From Nymphaea colorata (Eukaryota), in the NCBI RefSeq assembly GCF_008831285.2, contig NC_045138.2:42532001-42596000 (forward strand): DNA of 64,000 bases, given 5' to 3'. Shown here one piece after another: positions 53,576 through 64,000 of this stretch (position 1 is its first letter; the number at the start of each line of letters is the position of its first letter). The notes under the pieces were generated by a model. The model had not been told where the DNA came from. It saw only the letters and a program-made list of their open reading frames with translations, and did not search any database. A program made the translations under genes and the position numbers.

Positions 53576-54252
53576 GCTTAGTTGTCAACCACTGTTAAGT
53601 CTTCAAGAAATTGCAGATACCTCCAACTTATTCTTGTGCCAAAATTCTCACTATATATAGACCGTGCAAAAACAAAAAAAAAAAAATCTCATTTCTTTGT
53701 CAGCTTCTAGTGACACATAGGTCATTGATTTATTCATACATTTGTTGCATAGGTGCATGACGGCAATCATCCTAGTCTTCCACTTCCCAAATGGACAATT
53801 GTGCAATTCAAGATCTGGCAAGCCAACCAGCTCCATATACCTGCTTCTCATATTGTAGTAAGAGTTTCCCACAACTACATTCTCATGACAGTTCTTTCAT
53901 GACTAAATGTTAGTCATGTCCTCGTCATGGTCGTCTCAAATCCATCGAATATGAATGTATTCATTCGATAGTTCCATTTCTTAGCAGGCTGGTGCCCTTC
54001 CGGTAGTCATTAAGTATGTCCTACCAAACCAAAAACATTGTACAATTGAATACATCACATTTTTGGTACATGTCAAAGATATTATTGCACACATATCATA
54101 AATAATAGTTCTATATCGCACTGACTGAATACAATATTGAATACAAAATCGCACAAGTTACGAATCCAATTATCGTACCTCAAAGTTACAAAGCAAAGCA
54201 ATTGCTTCTCGACAAAGCATTGCCTCAAAGGATCACCAGCCTGCTTCCCTGT

Positions 54253-57200
54253 TAGGGCTGTTCAACGAGTCGAGCTACTCGAACTCGACTCGTTTAACTC
54301 GACTCGTATGTTTAAACGAGCCGCTTATTTAGTTAAACGAGTCGAGCTCGAGTTGATGAGCCGACTCGTTTAATTAATCGAGTCGAGTTCGAATTCATGT
54401 AAGTGAACTCGTTAAAGCTCGAATCGGCTCGATTATTTAGTGAACCGGTTTTTTTAAAACCGGTTCAGATGAAAAAGCGTCAAAGCGGGACGAGGTTTAG
54501 GGTTTCCTCATTTCATTTTCGTTCTCGAATCTCACTTCTCCCTCTCTTTTGAAGTTTTCGCTCTCTCCGACTCTCCCTCTCTCGCCAGTCGCCTCTCGAT
54601 CTCTCCGACTTCATCAACTCTTCTCTTCTCTAGTTCTCCCGTCCGGGATTCTCCGACGTCTGCAGGAGGAACCACCGAACCAGTCGTCCGCGGGCCGCGT
54701 CCGTGGGCCACTTCAGCCTTCAAGGTCAGCCGGCTGCTCCGCCTTCGATTTCATCTGTTTCATCTGTTTTTTACCCCATTTCTTGTTGGATTCCTAACAC
54801 AATTGTGATCTAAGTGTATAACAACTGATTTGAATGTTAACACATCGTCTCCAGTGCAGATTCAAGTTTAGAGGGCGTCCCTCGATCTTCCTCTCCGGTT
54901 CTCTTTGATGGATCCGACAGTCCGGCAGCGAGCGGGTCTTTGCTCCTCCGGTTGATTCCGTGAATCGGTAGGGCTCTCTCTCTCTCTCCGGTTGCTACCT
55001 CAATATGCTAGTCCTCTACTCTTGTTTTTGGGTTTTCTGTTTCGTCACTAAAGTTCTGCTTCCCATTTTTTCCGTTGTAAGAATGAGAAACTATCGACTG
55101 TTTGACTGTTTCTGTGCTTTTTTCTTTCTTTCTTTTTGCTTGTCTTATATGATGTTTAGTTTGAGGTTTCTGTCATGTGTTGCCAATATTAGGCTTATGG
55201 GGAGGGGGCTTGTTTGCATAGTTCATGTGTGCTGGTTTTTTTATGTTTCATCCATGCTAAGTCGCTGGTCCCAAACAACGACAGTTAATTTCTTCGTTGC
55301 TAACTGCCAATTTTTTCATTTCCTTTTAACAATGACTTCTCCATTTTTCATTTCCTTTTCGAGTTCCAGTAGTGGTTTGATGTATCATTCCTTTGTCTTT
55401 AAGTACATATAAAACAGAGATATACGCGTTCTTTTAAGTAGTGGTTTGATGTATCATTCCTTTGTCTTCGATTTGAGCTCGACCCTATTCGATAGAACTT
55501 GAGTTTTTTGAGTTGAGTCGATCTTAAGTTGACCTCGGCTGGTGTATAGCCCTATCCTGAACACGTTAAACTCATAGTTAAAAATGTTCATGCATTTTGA
55601 TGCTGATATTTTTCTGAGTTTTTTTTCCAGAAAATGAAATTCTAAAATATATATTTATACATAATTTTGGATTGAGCAAACATGACGTTCACATGTTTTA
55701 AGGGACTCGGGCCAATCTTTTGAGGGCACATTTCGTTGCAGTGGGCACATAAATGGCTATCTTTTTATATCATAAACTCAATATTTATGAGCCTATGATA
55801 TTTTTCATTCTTTGCAGAAACTAGTCAAGGGCTTTCAGGTTGTAACACAAGTAAGTATATTTTGAATGAATTCTATTCATTAAATATACTGTGAATCATT
55901 TGTTAATTGACTATATGTATTTCTTTCAGGTTGAGGATGAATCAAGTGAATATATATCATTAGAATGATTCAAGCTGCCTCTTGGTAATGCTTTTTTTTT
56001 TTTTTGTTTTGTTTTCTTCTTTTTCTTGATCTAATGTGATTCTAGTGTCTGTTTCAGTTGCCACTTGTAGTTTTTCTTGATCTTTTTCTGTATACTGGTT
56101 TTATTCATTTTGCTTATTTTTCTACTGTCTGTTTCAGATGGAAAACTTCTTGATGGTGAAGTTAAGCTATTAAAGAAAGTTCGCAGTGGGGTGAGTTATT
56201 ATTGTTGCATTCTTTCTTGTTGAAAGCTTATAAAGCTTTAACTCTTGAACCATCTTTCATATCTTGCTAGATGAGAATCTCTAATTCTACAGATCATTCC
56301 TGCTATTATTAGGTTTCCAGCAATTCCAGTATTAGATTTCTACTGTAAGACGACAACTTGTCAACATGTTGGTCGGATTTAGTGTTTTAAGTACCTCTTG
56401 GATTGGCTTCTAATGCAAAATTCATCAGCCAAAACAATCAGTAAGCAATTTTTCTTTTTCTCCTGCAGGTACGGAGTTTCTATCGTTTCTTAAGGGCTGA
56501 ACAAACATGTTAATAGCAGGAAGATTATGTCATGGAAGATTTTGTGCTGCCTTTGTATCAGCCGACTAGCCATTGGCTAGTTCCAACAACGAGATGCTTT
56601 CATCTTACTTAATGTTTGTAAGTTCTATGGCATGGGTGCCTTTGCTCGTGCCCTTCTTCAATGTAATTCTGTTTCCTTGAAGTGTGAGAATTCTAGTTTT
56701 GGATTGGTTGTCCAAAATTACTGTTTTGCACTTGTTAAGGCAGTCGGCCTGTTGATTTTATGATCTGTTGGGCCTGATTTACAGGGTTTGTAATGTACCC
56801 CAACTAGCATTTATCACGATGCTCCATGAAATGAATGTTTCAGCTATGTAGTAACTGGTAACAGCACTTGGATGTTTTAGGCGTTTCATGTTATTGTTCC
56901 ATTTTTGTCTCATACTCCTTGTGCTTTTTTTGAATCTCATTGCATGATTTGGTAAGTTGGCATAATTGCTGATTTCATGTTTTGGCTACAAGTTAAGCAA
57001 TTACAGCCCAGGATGTGGAGTCACCTGATGTGATTGTTCAATCTTGCAATCTGGTGCTTGAATGCTTGAATGCAATCTTGGTGTTGGTGGGCTTTTAAAA
57101 GTGCACCTTTTTATTAGTTTATGCAATAATTTGAATGCTTTCATCTATCTTGCTATGAGCTTTGTATTCACTGCAATTACAGAGAGATATCTGTGTTCTA

Positions 57201-57594
57201 TTTCCGACATTTTTCTGTCTTGGTCTCTGTCATTGTTTTCTTAGTCCATTCGCCGTGGCTGCCTACCATTAAAAAGAAACTATTCTTGAAAAACTACAGA
57301 AATGAGTAATATTAATCGAGTAGTTAATGAGTTCGAGCCTTATCAAGCCTTATCGAGCTTCACATAGTCGAGCCGTAGTCGAGCTCGAGCTCAACAAGTT
57401 AGGATGCAAGTAAACGAGCTTAATCGAGCTTAATCGAGCCGAGCTCGAGCTCGACCATTGACTATCGAGTCGAGTTCGAGCCAGGATAGTCGAGCTATAA
57501 TCGAGTTCGAGTCGAGTCGAGCTCGTGTGTTATTTAGACGAGCCGAGTTCGAGCTGACCGAGCTCGGGCTCGACTCGGCTCGTGTTCAGCCCTA
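54253..57594. mobile_element. Non-autonomous hAT element (3342 bp) with an exon/intron-like interior
   Basis: Perfect 8-bp TSD TTCCCTGT (54245-54252, 57595-57602). TIRs TAGGGCTG / CAGCCCTA; dense TCGAGC/CTCGA subterminal repeats; no transposase ORF. Confidence 0.93.
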
Positions 57595-58927
57595 TTCCCT
57601 GTATTTGGCTATACTTAGCTGTTTTTTTTTTTTCTGTAAGAAGGCTAATATCCCAGTGCCACTCCTTGTCATCTCCTTCCTTGGCATTGTTATTGTTCTC
57701 TTCCTTCAGCCTCCACATACGGTCATATCTATCATCTAATGACCGGTGTCAACCTCTATGCTCATCTCTCCAGCCTCCACCTCTTCCTCCTCCTCCTCCA
57801 GTACGTGAAAAGAAGTTTCTCTCTCTACCTCTTCTTTTCTTCCTTGTGTATGTCCTCCTCCTCCGGTTAAACCTCTCTCTCTCTCTCTCTCGTACTTTGT
57901 CTAACTTTCTACCCAAGAACAATCTGTCTCTTCTTCATTTTAACGATGGATTGCTCAAAGAGACAGGTATTTTCCAGATCTATCTAGTCATCCAAATTCC
58001 TATCACCTTATTTTTCTTCCTTCATCGCCTCCATTCTGTATTCCTCAACATCTGTTACTACATTTTTTTCCTTTTCATCTATACATTCTATTTCCACTAC
58101 TACCTGTGCCCACTGTAGTCCATGCATATCACCTAAGTAACTCTTCCTATTGTTCCATCTCAGCTAGGCTGACCCCCACATTCTACAACAACAATACACC
58201 CACATCCTCCACAACGGTGTCTTCTTCAACCAATAAATTTTGAGACTCAGCTACCTCTATGTCAAAAGAGCTGGTGGGACTCATCTTCGAACAGAAACAA
58301 ATAGATATTGTCATGTCTAATATTGTGCTCGAGTTTGTATACGACCAACACATATGATATTGCATGTCGTGCACGATAGATGTATTGCATGAACCACCTA
58401 AAACTCTATTTAGAAACCCTTATGTTGAATACATATGTTGCTTGTGCGCTGTGGTTTGAAAATATCGTGTGAGTCGTAGGACAAGACAGTATGCATCTGC
58501 AAATAGCACCCAAATGCTTTTTTTTTTCAAAGTTTGGGTGACAATGTTGAAATAGAGAATGAAAATTTAGGCAAAGGGAGTAACTATTCATTGTGTTGAT
58601 AAACTTTGGGTGTGTGTCCAATGGTGATAGCAACGATTAAAGAGATCTTCAGGGCTTCAGGAGGTGTTTGCACTCCTCTCATATCGCTGCAATAGTGCAC
58701 GAGTCTGTCTCTCTCGGCTTAAATAATAATATACTTGGGCAACGTGAGATGAGACAAATTTTGAGTGATGCCCCCCTATAAATGAACAGTCTCAGAATTT
58801 TGCTAATGCACGACATTCGATATCATTTTTCACCCATTACAAATAGTGTGGCAGTTACGTCTTTTAATCTTCAAGCCAATTCGGCAGCTGCCGATCCCGA
58901 TTCGTTGTTGTGAATCACGAAATACCA

Positions 58928-59532
58928 TGTGTGCACCATCACAGGCTTGTGAATGAGTCTTCGTCCACAGCCTATGCATATAGTCAGCTTCACTGTCACA
59001 TAGCCTCGACTACCTAACTATTGGGTTTGCTTCAACAATTACTATTTGCTCAATGTCACTGAGAGTTTGGCTACTATTTCATTGTCTTATGTTGCTGTAA
59101 TGCCTTTCTTGTCATCCTTTTACTGTTGTCACTACCTATGCCATGCGGCGATTGTTCTCGCCGACCCATGCGGTGCCGTAGTCCTTTAAATTGCCACAAG
59201 CCTAACAGGGTAAACAAGTGTGTAGATAACTTTGAAAACAAAGAGTACTTAATAGACACAAGGAGGAGAAGCAGTTGTAATGAACTCTTTCATTCATTTA
59301 TAAAGGCAATACATCATACGAGAAGGTAAATAAGGAGATTGACTCGATTTCACTTACAAGGGTATATGAAGGTTTATACAATGATTCTTATATCGAACAC
59401 CCAAAAAAAAAAAAAATTCCAAACATTATACTTATGCTAGTGGGAGGGTACTCCCTTACAAGTGAGCTAGTATATACAAATGGTTCATGTAAACAAAAGA
59501 AAATACTATGCATATACAGACATTGGAGAACA
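58928..59532 (-). mobile_element. Putative ~600-bp chromovirus LTR
   Basis: TG follows the PPT at 59532; ends ...GTGCACACA and is followed by TGGTAT. A similar end (TGTGATGCTGCCACA TGGTATC) is at 52871-52892 on the + strand. Confidence 0.35.
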
Positions 59533-59549
59533 TGTTCTCCTTCAAATCA

Positions 59550-59820
59550 TGTGTTATTCTTGGCGTCAAATGCGTCGTGGTATGCCTTAACTTCTTCTGA
59601 GTAGTGCTGCTTCATCTGAAACGCATACTCCCAGGTACACCGCTCTTCATCCACCCACTTAACAAAATATTTTCTCAAATCTTTAGATCTTTTAGATAAT
59701 CGATCTTGTGTTGTGTCGAAGAATATGCTTCAACTTTGTGCATGCTTACCTGTGCTCTTTGTAAGATAAAATTGTTGCGCTGATCTTTGACATCGGCATA
59801 GAAAGGCTTCAAATTGCATC
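59550..59820 (-). pseudogene. Chromovirus integrase C-terminus/chromodomain remnant
   Basis: CNLKPFYAD... then KYFVKWVDEERCTWEYAFQMKQHY (cf. YLVKW.......TWE), followed by a purine tract TGAAGGAGAA. Confidence 0.6.
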
Positions 59821-60349
59821 ATTAGTCACCACTCTTTTGCCTTATTCCTCTGATTGCTTGCCAACCCGCCGCCTTCATCGATCTTATTCTCCATGCCCCA
59901 GTCCTTTTGTCGATGGCCTCTAGCTAGAGGTAGTTGCTTTGTGTGTTGTTTTGCTGTCTTGACCGCCTTCAGATGCTTTCCCTTTGCATTCCCGCTCACA
60001 ATAATGCAGTGGTCCTTTAGACTTTAGACTGTTGTAGTTCATGATAGCCCAGCAGTTCATGATAGCCCAGCATGCAAAATGCCATCATTTTTCTTTTCTT
60101 TTTTTGGTTTTGTAGGGCCCCGTTTGATGAGCTCGAAATATATTGTTGAACAAGAAAAAAAATTTAAATTTTAAAAATTTATTTTTTCAACCCAGGAAAA
60201 AAATTTATGACAGAGGTCGATTTCGAAATTTTTTTTCTGAAAATATATTTCTACTGCGCTAAGTGGAAATATGTTTTCGTTTTTTTTTTACCGTTGGGGC
60301 ACGCTCGCATCTTCCTCCTTTGCTAAGCTCCGTCCTCCCGCTGCGCAAC

Positions 60350-60699
60350 TAGGGATGTCAACGGATCGGATTCAGATCGGATACATCTTTAATCATATCT
60401 ACTTTTTCTGATATTCATATATTCGGTTTCGAATTCGGATTTGAATTCGAATAAAGCAAAGTCATATCTGAATCTGAATCCAAAATCCGATTTTACAATT
60501 TGAATCCGATTTTTATATTTATATCTGAATCCGAATCCGAATCCAAATTTTTGAACCCGATTTTACCATTTTTCAGTATTAGATAAAAGATAATTTATGT
60601 ATATCCGAATCCGAACGAATGCCATTTATTAAATCCCAATTCGATCCGATTTATATTAAATTTTTATCCATATTCGATTTTTTTCCGATCTGTTCCCTA
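60350..60699. mobile_element. hAT-type MITE with ATCCGA subterminal repeats
   Basis: Starts TAGGGATGTCAACGGATCGGA and ends TTCCCTA; many ATCCGA/TCGGAT motifs. No TSD evident. Confidence 0.7.
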
Positions 60700-60827
60700 C
60701 CTCTCCCTTTTATCGAGTGGTGCGGTTCTTCCTCTACGTGGCTCCTCAGGCTTGGACATGGAATTCATCCCGCGTGTTTTCTCCCTACGGCGGTTCTTCT
60801 TACTCTCGTCCCCAAATTCGACTCAAA

Positions 60828-60959
60828 GAAGGTACAATGATGGGTAAAAAAATTTTGGGTTTGTTGTTATGTTGAAATGCTTGCGCACAAAATGAAGGTA
60901 CAATCATGGGTAAAAAAATTTTGGGTTTGTTGTTATGTTGAAATGCTTGCGCACAAAAT
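60828..60959. repeat. 66-bp tandem duplication (1 mismatch)
   Basis: gaaggtacaat(g/c)atgggtaaaaaaattttgggtttgttgttatgttgaaatgcttgcgcacaaaat twice. Confidence 0.95.
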
Positions 60960-63901
60960 TTCGGATAGGATTTTCTGAATGAAGTTCAGCGGTCGAATCC
61001 GAATAACAAGGAAAATTTTCGGGGTTTCCTTTCCCTCTATCGTCCAGAATCTCATTGTCTCCGGCTTCTCTGTCCAGAAGCTGCCCAAGTCCACCATCAT
61101 AGCCTTCAATGCAGAGTCGCATGCCACAGCCAACCAGCGCAACTCAGCCGGTTTCTCGTGCTATATTTTGGATTTAAAAGGTAAAGCTGTTAGGATTTTT
61201 CCCCTCAGTTTGTGAATTGGATGTTGTATTTTGTTGTTAAAAATAGATGAAGAAATTCAGGTGAATCATGCATTTGGTTTTTGCCTAAGATCATTTGTGC
61301 ACTGATATTCATTTCGCTGCTTTTGTCTATTTGTTAATGCTGCTTAAAATTATTTAGAAGATGTTGTATTTTTTTTCAAATGGAGGAAACTGCATACAAA
61401 CTTTTTCCTGTTGCTGTTTGACTTATGATACCTTTCCTGTTAATCCTAACTATGATTTTCCTTCTCATACCTATCTCAGACCAGCTTTTCAGACTTTGGT
61501 CTTCACAGATCGTGCTTGATGAAAATATTCATTGGAAGCCTAATCGTTCTCATTACTAAGTTGTTGTCCATAGCTGAGTATTGAATAAGTTCCTTCTAAC
61601 AAGTTCCTTATATGTTGAGTTGTAGCTATGTTGTCAAATGCTATTTGGGGCTTCTGCCTAGGTTATCCTAGGCTGTCAGGCTTGTCTAATTGCTTAAGCT
61701 AGTCAGCTTCAGGTGAATTGTAATTATAGATTTAGCAGTTAGCATTTATGAAATGGTAAGGTTTTGCGTGCTCTATGACTTTGAAAAGCATTGACATGAG
61801 GTTCCTACCACCACCAGTTCCATTCTTTTCTTTGCTGATGGTTCTTTGACATGCAGAGAATCAGTCTAATGCCTTGTGCTTTTTTATTTGATAAAGCAAT
61901 CAGTGGTCTACAAGTATGTTTCTGAGTAAAGAAAAGTAGGAGTTTCAATTAAAATGTCAATCTGAAGGCTACTGATAACTCACTGCATGTTTTCTGAGGA
62001 AATAGAAGAGGTTGAGGGATGGTAAAAATATACAGCAAAGGCAGAGCTACCCCAGACTTTGTGGCGTAAAAAATATTATGCCCTTTAAAAAAATATTATG
62101 CTCTATAACAGCTGCCTACTGTGAAAAATTCTGTTTTCATTTTCTGCAACAAAGATGGAAGTTAAGGTCGGTACAGGAGCAGAAGTTGTGAATTTGTCAG
62201 GTAACAGATTAGGTTCAGTGACAAGGCAGTTGGCCGTCGAGGCATAGGTGTTTTGAGACTGGAAGAAGCCCTTAAAAGCTTTAGTTCCTTGAGAATTAAG
62301 GAGCATGAAGATGTCCATGCGAAAGCTGGTCGTCCAGAGTGGTGGCCGGCAGAGTGGGGTCATGAGCAGGAATAAGACTCAGACGTTGTTTATAGCTGTC
62401 CCTAGTTCTCATCCTTTTTATTTAACACCCTTCCCTTGTAAACTGATGCTGTGAATTGTGAAAGTTGGCGACCTCCCCAGCTAGCGCATTGATGGGCGTC
62501 ACGGGTGGGAGAGATGAAAGTTAAGATATCAATTTTGTACCGTGATCAGTAGTAAATGTACTGAAATTGTGTTGCTGGCATTTCCACTTCTTACTTCGCA
62601 GGGCCCCTTTTTTCTGTTTTTTCATGACCCAGTTTCTCTCTTTATCCTATGTAATGCCTCATCCATGCAAATATCTTTTTTGGGTGATTGCTGTTCACGT
62701 TATTGAAATTTTGGCCCACCTATATACTCTCGTTGATGCAGGTTATTACTTAAATCCATAGGACTGGATTCTAGCGTTGAAGGACTGCTTTGTCATCACA
62801 CACAAAAATTCTGAAAATATATTTCTTTATCATCAAATACAGAAATATATTTTTGGAAATATATTTCTCAGTCATCACACACACATCAAAATGAGAATCG
62901 GAAAGGTTTTTCTCATTCTTTTATTCCAGGAAATATATTTCTAAAAATATATTTCCAATTCTAGATTTCCCATTCTGGTTTTCTCCATATTGGTATCTGT
63001 CGGTAAGCTCCCCTTCTCCCTAATGTGTGCAATTTCGTTGAGTTCCTCTGCATGAGGTTCTTATTTGCAATTCTAAGCAGCCCTCTCTTGTATTAGTTCT
63101 TCATTTCTTGTTGGGAGGGCATCGATGGCTCTTTGGTCGCTTGGGCCTCTCTTTCCAATTGCTGGTTGTTGGTGATGTTGCCCACATCTCTTACCCTGAG
63201 GATAGCTGATGATACTCAGGATGTGAGCATCGATCTTATCAGATTTCTTCTTTCTGTGTTTGTGGCGACCATGGTTGGTAGTATTGTCATACCATTAGTC
63301 TTCCCTTCGTCCGGCATCGCCCTCATGACGTTTGGTCCTGTAGCCCTTCTATCCCTCTCCTTCGTCCTTTGTAGGACCCTTTTTTTCATCAAAGTGTCTT
63401 CACTGGTCTGTTTGTTCATCGCCTTCCGACTTTCGATTCTCATGTGCACATCCTTTGGGTGTCTGTCTACTGTTATCATTTCAGTACCCTCGACAAAGAT
63501 CCTCCTATGCTTCTTGCCCTTGCCCTTCAGCATATCGATATTCATGCCGACATCCTCTCCTCGTCTGACAGTGCTTACTAATGAAACGCAAATTTTATTG
63601 AAAAGAACATCTAGGACTGCTTAGCTTGAAAGAGTTTTTCTTAGTCTTTTTGGGCTTTTTAATGCTTTCTTTACAGACGTTTTTTGGGGTTTTTATGTTC
63701 CCCACGATGCCCGTACCAGAATGCATGTTTCTGTTTTGGCATCAACTCCCCTTCTCTCTCTCATTCTTCTGCTATTGTATTCAGGTTGTTAACTTGGTTC
63801 AACCATGGTTTAGTAATTTATGCATATTATGTCTTTCTCTCTCTCTCTCCTCCCTTTTTATGCTAACCCAAGACTGAAGGCCCCTGGCATCTTCTTTTGT
63901 A

Positions 63902-63936
<35 letters not shown>

Positions 63937-64000
63937 TAATGCCCTTAGCTGTTGGCAGAGGGTTTTGTTTCTATGCCAAGAAACCCTCAAATAACATTCA

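Larger units (their letters stand above)
60115..62965. mobile_element. Harbinger-like composite non-autonomous element (right end truncated)
   Basis: Left end GGGCCCCGTTTGATG. The right subterminal block is the reverse complement of 2665-2860. Interior holds a MITE, a tandem duplication and intron-like sequence. Confidence 0.4.

Noticed and set aside
54253..57594. CRISPR-like or iteron-like repeat arrays (TCGAGC clusters)
   Set aside because: Eukaryotic context; irregular short motifs bounded by TIRs and a TSD are hAT subterminal repeats.
63133..63624. 163-aa hydrophobic ORF and 109-aa basic antisense ORF
   Set aside because: No recognisable domain or splice structure; probably decayed TE sequence.

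Overview
Flowering-plant nuclear DNA, gene-poor and dominated by nested, mostly decayed transposons. Two host genes are well supported: a DIR1-like/type-D non-specific lipid-transfer protein (+, 20531-20989, one intron) and a 7-exon TBC-domain Rab-GAP (-, 40364-51725) whose last exon stops early. The transposon content is a young Ty1/copia 5' LTR+PBS at the window start, a 5'-truncated copia pol with its 3' LTR, an older copia carrying a scrambled chloroplast insert (23S rRNA, Prrn/trnV-GAC, rpl14) in its RT, gypsy/chromovirus remnants, a CACTA transposase pseudogene, a FAR1/MULE remnant, hAT elements with 8-bp TSDs, Harbinger-like ends and fold-back MITEs. The most interesting observations are a ~230-nt hairpin in a TBC intron with a miR482/2118-like 22-mer, the plastid mosaic, an ATG11 exon beside a TE end and a hAT element carrying spliced exons. 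I see no convincing wholly new biological system. Family calls come from motifs recognised by eye, not from database searches.
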